A stretch of DNA of 64,000 nt from positions 29 through 64,028 of the forward strand of contig JAQVMU010000002.1 in NCBI GenBank assembly GCA_028703475.1, given 5' to 3'. The notes under the pieces are model-generated. The model was not told the DNA's origin, ran no database searches, and worked only from the letters and a program-made list of their open reading frames with translations. Shown here one piece after another: positions 29,353-40,139 of the stretch. Both the position numbers and the translations under genes were made by a program. Origin of the DNA: Atribacterota bacterium. GTDB taxonomy: Bacteria > Atribacterota > Phoenicimicrobiia > Phoenicimicrobiales > Stramentimicrobiaceae. Every line of letters begins with the position of its first letter. Position 1 is the first letter of the stretch.

Positions 29353-30819
29353 TTATTTTAATAATCCGGTTCTTTGGTTAAATGAATCGATAAGCATATC
29401 AATTTGGTCAGACTGTTTATGAATATTTTCCCAATAATTATCATTATCATACCACTGTGCATTTAACTCTTCTAATTCTTTGCCCTGCTGTTCAATCCAG
29501 GTATAATATTTTAAATTATGGATTCTTTTTTTGGCAAGAGTACCCAGCTCCTCCATATAATCAGTAGATACTCCTCTTAAATTTTGCTGAAAAGTCATAG
29601 CAGCGTCAATCTTATTATATTTGGGATTTTCTTTCTTTATTTCTTCCAATCTTGATTTATACAGCTCTACAGAATCAGTTAAGACTGTTAAAACAATATC
29701 ATTTTTTCCTAACTCATAATATTTGGCAAATTTTATTGCTCCAATTATATTTGCTATCCCTGAGATTCCTAATAAGGGGAGGTTCTCTATGAATGACTCG
29801 CGTATGCCCATTTCTACCATATATTTTTTCCCGATATCTTCATTGAACAAACGTAATAACTGAATAGTGTCATTATCATCAATTGCAATAACCATATCCG
29901 TATTTTTAACATTGTGTATCCAGGGAACATGCTTATCACCTATACCTTCAATTCGATGTGCACCAAATCCATTCATTAATAAAGTTGGACACTGTAAAGC
30001 CTCTCCTACTGCTAATTTACTATCAGGGTACAGCTTTTTTAGATAATCAGCACAACCCAGGGTACCCGAAGAACCTGATGTAAGTACAATTCCCTTCAAT
30101 TTTCCATGAGAACCAATTTCTTGCAGTAATACCTCTTCCATCGCCTTCCCGGTAACTTCATAATGGAATAAATGGTTACCAGGCTCATCAAATTGATTAA
30201 AGACTACTACATTTTCCCTGGTTTTCTTCAATTCCCAGGACTTATCAAAAATCTCCTTCACATTACTTTCCGATCCCGGAGTTCCTATGACTTCACCGGC
30301 TACCTTTGATAACCACTCAAATCTCTCTCTACTCATGCCTTCAGGTAAAATAGCAATGGATTCACAAGATAATAATTCAGCCACATAAGCCCCACCACGG
30401 CAGTAATTACCGGTGGACGGCCAGACAGCCTTCTCTTTTGTGGGATCAAACTGTCCGGTTACCAAGCGAGGAACCAGACAACCAAACGTAGCCCCAACTT
30501 TGTGGGATCCGGTGGGAAACCATTTGCCTACAAGGGCTATAATTCGTGTATCAACACCACTTAGCTGAGCAGGTATTTCAAGAAAATTTACTCCTTGATA
30601 CAATCCGCCTCTTTCTTTAGGTTCATTTTTCCAGCTAATCCGGAAAAGATTGTAGGGACTTATATCCCAAAGCCCGATTTTTCCCAGTTTTTTCTTGATA
30701 ACTTCAGGGATTAATTCGGGGTTTTTCATTTGGGCAAAAGTGGGAATAATTATATTTTTTTCTTTCGCCCTCTGAACAGTCCTTTTTAACTGTTCTTCAT
30801 TTATGGTTAAATCAATCAT
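29353..30819 (-). CDS. PLP-dependent enzyme of the tryptophan-synthase-beta superfamily (PLP-dependent lyase/thiolase, OrtB-like)
   Basis: 488 aa with a PLP-binding Lys context GSHKVGATFG and the Gly-rich loop GSSGT. Family assignment is by pattern only. Confidence 0.5.
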   Translation of the reverse strand: MIDLTINEEQLKRTVQRAKEKNIIIPTFAQMKNPELIPEVIKKKLGKIGLWDISPYNLFRISWKNEPKERGGLYQGVNFLEIPAQLSGVDTRIIALVGKWFPTGSHKVGATFGCLVPRLVTGQFDPTKEKAVWPSTGNYCRGGAYVAELLSCESIAILPEGMSRERFEWLSKVAGEVIGTPGSESNVKEIFDKSWELKKTRENVVVFNQFDEPGNHLFHYEVTGKAMEEVLLQEIGSHGKLKGIVLTSGSSGTLGCADYLKKLYPDSKLAVGEALQCPTLLMNGFGAHRIEGIGDKHVPWIHNVKNTDMVIAIDDNDTIQLLRLFNEDIGKKYMVEMGIRESFIENLPLLGISGIANIIGAIKFAKYYELGKNDIVLTVLTDSVELYKSRLEEIKKENPKYNKIDAAMTFQQNLRGVSTDYMEELGTLAKKRIHNLKYYTWIEQQGKELEELNAQWYDNDNYWENIHKQSDQIDMLIDSFNQRTGLLK

Positions 30820-31053
30820 AGTCTAACCTCCAACTATTTTTTATTTTTGGAAGCAACTTTATATCCGGGAAGCTTTGTCTTTTGATAATAGCATGTTTAG
30901 CAATACTTAACCACTTATATTGGGTTTTTGAGACAAGAATATTTTTGCTTGATACTTAAGAAAACACCAGGTAAATATTTGGTTAAAGTGATATCCAAAA
31001 TCTGTGGATAAAAACGATCTACTCGGAGGAGTTTAATCCCAATTAGCAATCCA

Positions 31054-31515
31054 CTATTTACAAACAGCTACCCAGGTACCATTGGTAATATTTTGTAGTT
31101 CTTCAGGAGTTATTTTAATAAAAGAATTCCCTGAACCAGCTGCTGGAAAAACAAATTCAAATTCAAGTAAAGACTCATCCAGATAAATATCCAGGGGATT
31201 TTTCAAGCCAAAAGGGCATACCCCACCCACTTCATGGCCTGTAACTTCAAATACTTCTTCCGGATTCAACATTTTAGCTTTAACTCTAAAATAATCTTTG
31301 TATTTACGATTATCTATCCTGGCATCTCCTTTAGTGACCAATAATACACAACGGTCATCTTTTAATTTAAAAGAAAGTGTTTTAGCAATTAGTGCCGGTT
31401 TTACCCCTAAGGCTTTTGCTGCTAAATCTACTGTTGCAGTGCTCTCTTCTAATTCGACTACTTTATAATCAAGTTTTTCATTTTTAAAATATTTCCTTAC
31501 ATCTTCTACACTCAT
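31054..31515 (-). CDS. ybaK: YbaK/EbsC-family aminoacyl-tRNA deacylase (Cys-tRNA(Pro) deacylase-like)
   Basis: 153 aa YbaK-domain pattern including ..GGVCPFG... Confidence 0.8.
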   Translation of the reverse strand: MSVEDVRKYFKNEKLDYKVVELEESTATVDLAAKALGVKPALIAKTLSFKLKDDRCVLLVTKGDARIDNRKYKDYFRVKAKMLNPEEVFEVTGHEVGGVCPFGLKNPLDIYLDESLLEFEFVFPAAGSGNSFIKITPEELQNITNGTWVAVCK

Positions 31516-31580
31516 TTAAGCCCTTGTCTCCTGTACTTTCTAAAAAATCTATTTAAATAATACTATTTTATAATCAATAA

Positions 31581-32075
31581 TCAAATCCTCTTGAATTTGT
31601 ATGGTCTAAGAGCCCGGGGAGGACCTAATACTTCTAAGGAAATTATTCCCAGGGGTAAATTGTCCCCAACTAATAATTTTTTAAGTTCTTTTTCCAATTC
31701 TCCGGATTTTTTTACCTTCAAATCCTCTTTTGGTAATCCCTGGAAAGGGGTTTTTGCTATGTCTTTTGTCTCTTCAGGGTGGTCTATTTTAATACTCTTA
31801 TCCACCTGTTCTACCCGGCCTTTTAATTCAGTTTCCTGTTTATTTTTTTGCTTTTCTGCCAGGCTAATTTCAATTTCGGGTTTTGCTTCTTCATAATTAA
31901 AAACTTCTTCTTTTTCTGTCGGTATTTTCTCCTTCAGTAATTTTTCAGCATCAACAGATTCTGAATCGAAAGACCACGGATCATAAGCAGGTTTGCTTTT
32001 GGTCTGTTTTCTTATGTTTTTAATAATAGAAGAAACAACTGAAATTAGAATAAATAAAATTATTAGAAAATCCAT
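31581..32075 (-). CDS. hypothetical membrane-anchored protein (N-terminal TM helix, highly charged K/E-rich body)
   Basis: 164 aa intact ORF lying 54 nt downstream of floA on the same strand. It occupies the position of yqfB-like genes in nfeD-floA operons. Confidence 0.5.
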   Translation of the reverse strand: MDFLIILFILISVVSSIIKNIRKQTKSKPAYDPWSFDSESVDAEKLLKEKIPTEKEEVFNYEEAKPEIEISLAEKQKNKQETELKGRVEQVDKSIKIDHPEETKDIAKTPFQGLPKEDLKVKKSGELEKELKKLLVGDNLPLGIISLEVLGPPRALRPYKFKRI

Positions 32076-32129
32076 TAGCTAATCCCTTTCATTTTTATTT
32101 ATTACTTTTACTTTTTTTACTTATAATAG

Positions 32130-33137
32130 TTATTGTTTTTCCTGTTTATCTTTTTTTTCACCATCAGTCCCCATCTTTGATATTGTGCCTCGCATCTGGG
32201 TATCAGATTGAATGTTTTGCATATTGTAATAATCCATTACACCCAGCTTGCCTTCCCGCAGAGCTTGAGATAAGGCTTTTGGTACTTCGGCTTCTGCCTC
32301 TACTACCTTGGCCCTCATTTCCTGTACGGCAGCTTTCATTTCCTGCTCCCTGGCAACAGCCATTGCCCTTCTCTCTTCAGCCTTAGCTTGAGCTATACGT
32401 TTATCTGCTTCAGCCTGGTCTGTCTGTAACCGTGCACCGATATTTTTTCCAACGTCTACATCAGCAATGTCAATTGAAAGAATTTCAAAAGCAGTTCCTG
32501 AATCAAGGCCTTTCTTAAGAATAGTCCTTGATATGTCATCCGGGTTTTCCAATACCTGTTTGTGAGTCTGGGCAGAACCAATAGTTGAAACTACACCTTC
32601 CCCGACTCGGGCAATAATGGTTTCTTCTCCTGCCCCTCCAACCAGACGCTCGATATTAGCCCTTACCGTTACCCTTGCCCTGGCTTTCACTTCGATCCCG
32701 TCACTTGCTACAGCTGCTACAAGAGGGGTTTCGATTACCTTCGGATTAACACTCATCTGTACTGCTTTTAAAACATCTCGACCTGCCAGATCTATGGCAG
32801 CTGCCCTCTCAAAACCTAGTTCTATATTTGCGCGTTGAGCAGCAATCAATGCATTAACTACATTATCTACATTACCCCCTGCCAGATAATGTCCTTCCAG
32901 ATTGTTTACATTAAGGTCTAATCCGGCCTTAGTAGCCTTAATCAATGGTTCAACAACTTTTGCAGGAACAACTCTGCGCAATCTCATCCCGACAAGAGTA
33001 ACCAGACCTACACGCACACCTGCAGCCATAGCTGCAATCCATAACCTTAGCGGAATAAAACTGAAAATAACTGAAAAAATAATAACAATAAGAAATACTA
33101 ATAACAAAAAAGGTAAAGTACTTCCGATATCAATCAT
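32130..33137 (-). CDS. floA: flotillin-like protein FloA (UPF0365/YqfA family, SPFH domain)
   Basis: 335 aa with an N-terminal TM hairpin, an SPFH domain and an A/E-rich coiled-coil C-terminus (..[27 protein letters not shown]..). Confidence 0.85.
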   Translation of the reverse strand: MIDIGSTLPFLLLVFLIVIIFSVIFSFIPLRLWIAAMAAGVRVGLVTLVGMRLRRVVPAKVVEPLIKATKAGLDLNVNNLEGHYLAGGNVDNVVNALIAAQRANIELGFERAAAIDLAGRDVLKAVQMSVNPKVIETPLVAAVASDGIEVKARARVTVRANIERLVGGAGEETIIARVGEGVVSTIGSAQTHKQVLENPDDISRTILKKGLDSGTAFEILSIDIADVDVGKNIGARLQTDQAEADKRIAQAKAEERRAMAVAREQEMKAAVQEMRAKVVEAEAEVPKALSQALREGKLGVMDYYNMQNIQSDTQMRGTISKMGTDGEKKDKQEKQ

Positions 33138-33167
33138 ATCTTAAACTCCTTTCTTAGATTCTTATAC

Positions 33168-34487
33168 CTATTTTTTATCTTGCTTACGAACTACTATTCT
33201 ATATCCTTCTATTTTGGTAACTTTTATAGTTTCACCAGTATTTATAAAACTTCCTTCACTAACAGCATCGTATCTTTTTCCTTCAATCTCAATTGCTCCA
33301 GAGGGGCGCATGGGAGTAACGGCTTTCCCTGTCTTATCCAAAAGATGGCTATAATCATCAGAAGAACTGTAGCCTGCTTCTTTAGTAGCTGATTGTGAAA
33401 GTATGAAACTTTTTAGAGTTCCCTTTCTCTGAAAATATTTAAATGCTGCATATCCGGCAATACCTGCTATTGCAAAAGAGATTAAGAGCATATATATCCC
33501 AAGGGTTGTAGAAGCAGCTGCCAATACAATAGAAACAATTACTGCCACCAGTCCAACAATGCCAAAAATCCCGAAACCAGGCATAAAGGCTTCCACTAAA
33601 ATAAAAATAATACCAAAAGCAAATAAAAAGATTACAGGCCATCCGCTGATACCGGTTAAAAAATGTGCACCAAAATAAAGACCAAAAGCAAGTAAACTAA
33701 GAATTCCACCAAATCCAAAACCGGCAGTTAACACCTCTATTATTAAAAAGAAAAAACCCATCATTAATAAAAATGTAGCTACAACAGGATTTATGAGCCA
33801 ACCACTTAATCTTTCCCAAAAACTCGCTGTAGTTGGAATTAAAACTGAGTCTGTCAGGCCTGCAGCTTCGAGCAGTTCTTCAATTGAAAATACTGTACCA
33901 TTACTAAAACCAAGCATTTCGGCTTCACCGGCAGTTAAAGTAAGTAGTTCTCCTTCTTCAACTACATCTTCTATAACAATGTCTCTTCGAACCATTGCGG
34001 CGGCGATTTTAGGATCCTTTTTCTGCCTTTCAGCTGCACTTCGCATTTCTGCTTCCCAGAAAGAAAGTACCTTTTCAGTTACCTCCCCTCCTCCTAAAAG
34101 GACAGGTTCAGCAGCCCCGATTGTAGAACCTGTTTTCATAAAAAACCCGTCTGTGATCAATGCAAGGTAAGCACCTGCAGAAATAGCATTTGTATTGACA
34201 TACCCATAGATTGGAAATGGGAATTCTCCCATAGATACTTTTGCCTTCTGTACTGTATCAATATAGCCACCCGGGGTATCAATATCCAGAATAACTGCCT
34301 GAGCATTTGCTCTTTCTGCTTCCTGCAAAGATCGTTCTAAAAAAAGCAACCATCCGGGTTCAATTTGCCCCTTTACAGGAATAATATATACAGTAGACGA
34401 GCTGACAGGAAGAACGAAGCAAAAAAACAAAAAAATAATAAAAAAGGTAAAGGCAATATATTTTTTTTTAAACAATAAGATCTCCAT
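33168..34487 (-). CDS. nfeD: NfeD-family membrane-bound serine protease (ClpP-class domain + TM region + C-terminal OB-fold)
   Basis: 439 aa carrying a signal/TM segment, a ClpP-like protease domain, four TM helices and an NfeD OB domain. Lies immediately upstream of floA. Confidence 0.8.
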   Translation of the reverse strand: MEILLFKKKYIAFTFFIIFLFFCFVLPVSSSTVYIIPVKGQIEPGWLLFLERSLQEAERANAQAVILDIDTPGGYIDTVQKAKVSMGEFPFPIYGYVNTNAISAGAYLALITDGFFMKTGSTIGAAEPVLLGGGEVTEKVLSFWEAEMRSAAERQKKDPKIAAAMVRRDIVIEDVVEEGELLTLTAGEAEMLGFSNGTVFSIEELLEAAGLTDSVLIPTTASFWERLSGWLINPVVATFLLMMGFFFLIIEVLTAGFGFGGILSLLAFGLYFGAHFLTGISGWPVIFLFAFGIIFILVEAFMPGFGIFGIVGLVAVIVSIVLAAASTTLGIYMLLISFAIAGIAGYAAFKYFQRKGTLKSFILSQSATKEAGYSSSDDYSHLLDKTGKAVTPMRPSGAIEIEGKRYDAVSEGSFINTGETIKVTKIEGYRIVVRKQDKK

Positions 34488-34787
34488 TTACTAACCGCTT
34501 TCTGTTTCATCGATATTTTTAACAATATTAACAAAATTAGAATTAAGAAATCAGGTAGTAATAAGTTTAAATTTTGTTCATTGTAATCATTGTAAATTTA
34601 CATTAATTATAATAAACATAAATTTATATAGCAAGCTATTTATTAAATAGAGTCAGAGAATGGTTCAAATAAAATAGATTCAAATAATCTTCATTTTACA
34701 ATTTTGTTTGAAAAAGGTATATTTATGATTATCAGTAAAAATATTATACTTAAAAAATTTTCTATCATTAATTAAGGGGAATTTTTT

Positions 34788-36398
34788 ATGGTTTTGCAAG
34801 TTATAGGAATTTTTGGCAGCCTTATTATCTTTTTATACGGATTACAAAAAACTAATATACACCTGAGACAAGCATTTGGTAATAAATTACAGGCATGGAT
34901 TAATAAGATTTCCTTTTATCCCTCTCTTTCGATTTTTTTTGGGATATTTCTAACCTTTACCATGCAAAGCAGTACTGCTGCTACTTCTTTGCTGGTTGGA
35001 CTTATAAACACGGGAATGATGACTTTATATCAGGCATTGCAAATCCTAATCGGAACCAGTATTGGTACCACTATTACTACTCAGATTATTACCTTTAATA
35101 TTGCACAATATTCTTTTATTCTGATTATTTTAGGTTATGGATTAAATATATTAAGCAAAAAAAGGCGTTATCAATCTTTTGGTGCTGTATTGCTCGGAAT
35201 TGGTTTTATTTTTCTGGGAATGAACCTGATTTCAGGCTTTTCTGAACCTCTAAAAGACAGTCCTGCCTTACTTAATATTATTTCTCAGCTACAGGGGTCA
35301 CCTGTTCTGGCATTGCTTCTCTCAGTAGTTATAACCAGTATTTTGCAAAGCAGTACAGCCATGATGGCATTAACTATTTCTTTATCAACACAGGGGATTA
35401 TTCCTTTTGAATTGGCAATTCCTGTTATTCTTGGTTCTCATTTAGGTTCTTGTACGACTGTACTCTTTGTTGGTCTTGGAAAAACAAGTCAGGCTAAAAC
35501 GCTGACCTTTGGAAATCTTTTTTATAAGATGGTAGCTGTAATATTCTTTTTTTTCCTGATTAAGCCAATCTACTCGATTGCTGTTTATTTTACTCCTAAT
35601 TTACCAAGACAGATTGCTATTGCCCATACCATTATAATTGTTGGTAACGCCTTATTAGTTTATCCTTTTCTTTCCTTATTTGCTGTTTTTCTACAAAAAT
35701 TATTTCCAAAATCAGCAGAAGAAGAATCACTTTATAAGCCAAAGTTTCTGGACGACAACGTTCTTGAATCCCCTGATTTAGCTATTTATCTGGCAAGAAA
35801 AGAATTAATAAGGATGGCTAACTCTGTTGATGAAATGTTTGTTGGTATTATGAAAGTATTTTTTGACCGTGATGAAAATCTACTCTACAAATTATGCAAA
35901 GTAGACAGGGTGGTTGACACATTATCCAATGCAATTATCCATTATCTGACAGAAATGAAATTTGAAGATCTGACACCTGAACAATCAAGAGAAACATATG
36001 GCTTGCTTAATGTCACTAATGATTTTGAGCATATTGGAGATTTGATAGATAAAGATATAATACCTATTATTGAAAAACAAATTGATAATGAATTAAAATT
36101 ATCTGAGGCAGGAGTTTCTGAGATTAAAGAACTCTATAAAATGGTATATCAAAATTTCTACCAATCATTAGGAGCTTTTGCCCTGGGAGACAAACGGTTA
36201 GCCCAAAAAGTTTTGCAGCAAAAAGAGGCAATAATAGAAAGGGAAGCTAAAATGAGAAGAAGTCATATTGACCGTTTACATAAAGGAGTTGAGCTGTCAA
36301 GACAGACCAGCTCTATACATTTTGATATGATTAATATCTTAAAGCAGATTAGTGATCACTCTTCTTTAATAGCTGAAACAGTCTTAAATAATTTGTAA
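34788..36398 (+). CDS. Na/Pi-cotransporter family protein with C-terminal PhoU-like domain
   Basis: 536 aa with two Na_Pi_cotrans repeats (QSSTA..TSLLV.. and ..LQSSTAMMALT..) followed by a PhoU-like helical domain. Confidence 0.8.
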   Translation: MVLQVIGIFGSLIIFLYGLQKTNIHLRQAFGNKLQAWINKISFYPSLSIFFGIFLTFTMQSSTAATSLLVGLINTGMMTLYQALQILIGTSIGTTITTQIITFNIAQYSFILIILGYGLNILSKKRRYQSFGAVLLGIGFIFLGMNLISGFSEPLKDSPALLNIISQLQGSPVLALLLSVVITSILQSSTAMMALTISLSTQGIIPFELAIPVILGSHLGSCTTVLFVGLGKTSQAKTLTFGNLFYKMVAVIFFFFLIKPIYSIAVYFTPNLPRQIAIAHTIIIVGNALLVYPFLSLFAVFLQKLFPKSAEEESLYKPKFLDDNVLESPDLAIYLARKELIRMANSVDEMFVGIMKVFFDRDENLLYKLCKVDRVVDTLSNAIIHYLTEMKFEDLTPEQSRETYGLLNVTNDFEHIGDLIDKDIIPIIEKQIDNELKLSEAGVSEIKELYKMVYQNFYQSLGAFALGDKRLAQKVLQQKEAIIEREAKMRRSHIDRLHKGVELSRQTSSIHFDMINILKQISDHSSLIAETVLNNL

Positions 36399-36461
36399 TT
36401 ATGTTAATGTTTTGGTTTAATATTATAACAATACTTTTATATTAGGAGAATTAAATTATTT

Positions 36462-37130
36462 ATGGCAACAATCATTGTGTTTGGAACAGAACCTGACCAG
36501 GCAGAAGCGGGTATGGGAGGGGCTATATTGAAATTAACTGAATCAGCTCACCAGGTCACAATTATTGATCTCACTAATGGTGAGTTTTCAAAAAATCATC
36601 AGACTGATTATCGAAAAAGAGAGGCCATCAAAGCCAGTAGGATTTTAGGTATTGATGAAAGAATTACTCTTGACTATCTTTATCCGGAATTGAAAAACAA
36701 TATCGAAATAAGAGAAGAAATTACTGAAATATACGAAAATACCAATCCGGATATAATATTTATACCATATCCTGTTAAGTTTAACCCGGAAAGTAAGATT
36801 GCCTCAGAAATATGCAATTCTTCTTTAAGTTATCTTTATCAGCAAAATGCTATGTATATAAAAGAAAAAATATTTTACTATTTTGCTACCCCTTTTAATT
36901 ATTTTGAAAAACCTGATTTTATTGTTGACATAAGTAAAGAAATTGAAATGAAAGTGGAAGCATTAAAATGTTATGAATCCAGATTTGGAAAGAACCTTCA
37001 AGATAGTCCATTATTTGAAAATACTTTAAACCTAAGCCGATATTACGGTATGCTTATTGGAACTAAATTTGGGGAATCATTTATCTGTAAAGATCCTTTG
37101 GAAATCAGGAACATCGATTCGATTATCTAA
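36462..37130 (+). CDS. PIG-L/LmbE-family deacetylase homolog with non-canonical metal-binding motifs
   Basis: The block IIVFGTEPDQAEAGMGGAILKL..HQVTIIDLTNGE aligns to LmbE (..[32 protein letters not shown]), but HPDD is replaced by EPDQ and the second HxDH motif by NPES. Confidence 0.6.
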   Translation: MATIIVFGTEPDQAEAGMGGAILKLTESAHQVTIIDLTNGEFSKNHQTDYRKREAIKASRILGIDERITLDYLYPELKNNIEIREEITEIYENTNPDIIFIPYPVKFNPESKIASEICNSSLSYLYQQNAMYIKEKIFYYFATPFNYFEKPDFIVDISKEIEMKVEALKCYESRFGKNLQDSPLFENTLNLSRYYGMLIGTKFGESFICKDPLEIRNIDSII

Positions 37131-37153
37131 TTCTTCCATAAATCCTATTGGAA

Positions 37154-38527
37154 TTAAATAATGCGGTTTAATAGATTTGAAAATATTACCATGCCTAAAA
37201 GAGCAAATGGATATACTGCTCCATAACCGGAGGCTGGTTCATCACTGCCTACAGCATCTATTGCAGCACCAAGTCCGGGAGTAGACGTCATCCCGCCGCA
37301 GATTGCTCCTGAAAGCATTATCCAATTTATTTTGAAAATGTATTTGCCAATAATAAAACCTGAAATCATGGCAATTGAACCTATAAAAAAGGATGTTATG
37401 ACCAGGTAGACTCCTGGACCGGTTAAGAAATCAACAACCTGATATCCATATCTTAATCCGATGGTTGAAAAGAAGAAAGCCAGGGTTATTTTTCTCAAAA
37501 GACTTAAAACACTGCTATTCATTCTAAAACAAAATGGCCCGATATTTCCCATTGATCCCAGGATTAATGCTGCAACCAATACACCGCCTGTTGATCCCAG
37601 GCAAATCTCTCCCAGCACAGAAAGATTCACTCTTATGATACCAATCATATATCCTAAAATACACACCAATAAAAAAGCGCATAAATCAAAATACACTGTT
37701 TTTGTTTTCTGGTATTCTTCTCTTTTTACCTTATTTTTATTATTATCGCCAGTTCTCAGTTCTTCCTTTAATAGGAATTTCTCTTTATTTATATCTATTT
37801 TAAAAATAATGGGGAAAAAGTTCATGGCGAAGATTACTATAATTACCCCGAAAGGATAGCCAACAGCATAACCTGTTCCTACTCCGGCCTCTGCATTCTG
37901 GATAAAATTATTCTTCTGCTCTTCCGATAAAGATGTGATATTTTGAAACTCTAAGCCTTCATCCTCCTTAATCATGTTTAATATCTCTTCTTTTTCAGGA
38001 GAGCTTAGTAGTTCATAGTTCTCAATCCATTTGGCAGAATGAACCCTGGCAGATTCTATTGAGGCAGCCAGCCCCGGCGAACTGGTTAATGCACCAGCAT
38101 AAACCCCGCTGTAATAATAAGGATTTTCCATTGGATTAATCTGGCTTAGACCATAAGTGCTTATAGCTCCGATAAAGGTAATCATAAAACCTAATATTAT
38201 AAATTTTATACCATAAATCCTGATTACTCTACCTACGTCTTTAGCAGCCAGCAATCCGACTGAAGCAATAAATAAAACAAGAAACAAATCAAAAAATCCT
38301 TTATCAATAATATTTTTTGCTAAAACTTGCTGGGCAATACCATAAAACTCACTATCAGCTCCTATTGTATTTACATAATTTACTACAGCCCAGCCCAGTA
38401 TAATTCCAACAAACATACTTCCGGAAGTACTGAAACTAAACCTGCCTAATCGTATATTACCAAAGAGCATACCAAAAAAGACAGAAACTATCATTAATAT
38501 AACCGGATTGAACAATAATGCCATCAT
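37154..38527 (-). CDS. putative transporter, AAE family (duplicated Asp-Al_Ex / YidE-YbjL-like domains)
   Basis: 457 aa with two polytopic halves separated by a hydrophilic linker. The second half carries the ..GGMTSTPGLGAA.. motif. Confidence 0.5.
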   Translation of the reverse strand: MMALLFNPVILMIVSVFFGMLFGNIRLGRFSFSTSGSMFVGIILGWAVVNYVNTIGADSEFYGIAQQVLAKNIIDKGFFDLFLVLFIASVGLLAAKDVGRVIRIYGIKFIILGFMITFIGAISTYGLSQINPMENPYYYSGVYAGALTSSPGLAASIESARVHSAKWIENYELLSSPEKEEILNMIKEDEGLEFQNITSLSEEQKNNFIQNAEAGVGTGYAVGYPFGVIIVIFAMNFFPIIFKIDINKEKFLLKEELRTGDNNKNKVKREEYQKTKTVYFDLCAFLLVCILGYMIGIIRVNLSVLGEICLGSTGGVLVAALILGSMGNIGPFCFRMNSSVLSLLRKITLAFFFSTIGLRYGYQVVDFLTGPGVYLVITSFFIGSIAMISGFIIGKYIFKINWIMLSGAICGGMTSTPGLGAAIDAVGSDEPASGYGAVYPFALLGMVIFSNLLNRII

Positions 38528-38665
38528 TTATATATTCACCATGCTTATTCTGCTTTAATAACTGAATTTAATAAGTTTTCCACCAGAAACCAAACAATAA
38601 ATAATATCTACTAATAGGAAAGATTTATGGATTATATGCAAATATAAAAAGTAATACAAGCAATA

Positions 38666-39979
38666 CTATATCATATAGTTATTCTTTTTAATAATAATTT
38701 TAATATATTTTAATAGATAATCTTTATGATTATTATCCGGGTTTATAAGCACTTCCCTTAAAGCGCTTTCGAGTATTTTTCTAATTTCTTTGCCCTCAGG
38801 CACACCCATTTTTCGCACTTCATCGCCTCCTATTGCCAAATCAGATAAGCTTACCGGATTATTTTTCTTTATTTCAGCCTCTAAGAGGGTTTCTTCAAAT
38901 TTCAGATTGTGTTTTTTGTATAATTGCTTTTCTGTTTCTAATAAAGCCTTTTTCAGTAAAAATAATCGCCTGGTATTTATAACTCCAAATTCAGATAAAA
39001 TAAAACGGATTTTAACATTGGAACTAAAATCAATATATTCCCATTCTTTATTTAACAGTATCCTGACTGATTCAATTGTCTTTTTTTTGAATTTTAAGTA
39101 TCTGACAATGGGTAAATAAAAAATACCAGCAATTTTGCATGAATTATAAAACAACCTACCCAATATAGCTAACTGGAAAACTAAGTCATGTTTTTTATTT
39201 CCTAATACTGATAGCAAATGTTTATTTTGCTTTTCTATATTTATTTGTGTCTTTTTTATCCTGTCAAGACTAATTATTTTGCAAATAAAACCATAGTGAT
39301 ACAATAATAATACCCCTTTTTTTGCCTTGGGGTTACTCAAAATAAGTTTTATCTCGTTTCTAATACGTTCAGGACTCACTTTCTGTATCAGAAAATTATT
39401 CTTGCACAGACTTTTTTTTGTAGCATACTCTATGCTAAAATCCAATTCACATGCTAACCGTATAGCCCGCAACATTCTTAAAGGATCATCTTTAAATCGT
39501 AAATCAGGGTCAATGCTTCTGATAATTTTTTGACTCAAATCTTTTAATCCTTCAGAAGGGTCTATTATTCCTGTATTCTGACTCCAGCATATTGAGTCGA
39601 TAGTAAAGTCCCTGGAGATTAAATCTGCTTTTAAGTTTTGATAATTTTCACCATTTTTAGGGGATAAACATTGACCATTATTGTTTCTTAAAGAAGATAT
39701 TTGATATGTTTTGCAGTTTAATACTATTGTTACTGTGAGAGAACTCTTCCCTATTAATATGGTTTTATAGGCATAAAAAACTTTCTTAATCTGCCCCGGT
39801 GCTGCATCAGTTATAATATCCCAATCCCGAACAGCTTTTTTGATTAATAAATCTCTTACACATCCTCCAACCAAAAAAGCACTAAAGCCAGCTTTTTCAA
39901 GCCTTTTTATTATAAAAGCAACGTCAGCAGGAACTATATTTTTATTAATTAAATTCTTTTTATGATAAGAAGTATTCAT
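38666..39979 (-). CDS. cca: CCA-adding tRNA nucleotidyltransferase / poly(A) polymerase family protein
   Basis: N-terminal Pol-beta-like head with the GGCVRDLLI ... DWDI motifs. Confidence 0.75.
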   Translation of the reverse strand: MNTSYHKKNLINKNIVPADVAFIIKRLEKAGFSAFLVGGCVRDLLIKKAVRDWDIITDAAPGQIKKVFYAYKTILIGKSSLTVTIVLNCKTYQISSLRNNNGQCLSPKNGENYQNLKADLISRDFTIDSICWSQNTGIIDPSEGLKDLSQKIIRSIDPDLRFKDDPLRMLRAIRLACELDFSIEYATKKSLCKNNFLIQKVSPERIRNEIKLILSNPKAKKGVLLLYHYGFICKIISLDRIKKTQINIEKQNKHLLSVLGNKKHDLVFQLAILGRLFYNSCKIAGIFYLPIVRYLKFKKKTIESVRILLNKEWEYIDFSSNVKIRFILSEFGVINTRRLFLLKKALLETEKQLYKKHNLKFEETLLEAEIKKNNPVSLSDLAIGGDEVRKMGVPEGKEIRKILESALREVLINPDNNHKDYLLKYIKIIIKKNNYMI

Positions 39980-40139
39980 TTTTTATCTTTTCTTATTAAT
40001 CTATTAAATATTCTAAACATTTGTTTGTAAAAAAACAAAAAATAATTTCTATTATTACTTGACAAATATCAGATATAGTATATAATTGCCTTTAGAAATT
40101 ATTGCTATAAGCAATTATCTTTTTTGTGGGTGTTCAAAA

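Noticed and set aside
36462-37130. Considered calling the PIG-L homolog bshB (bacillithiol deacetylase).
   Set aside because: Both zinc-binding motifs are substituted and no bshA/bshC context is present. Only a family-level call is justified.
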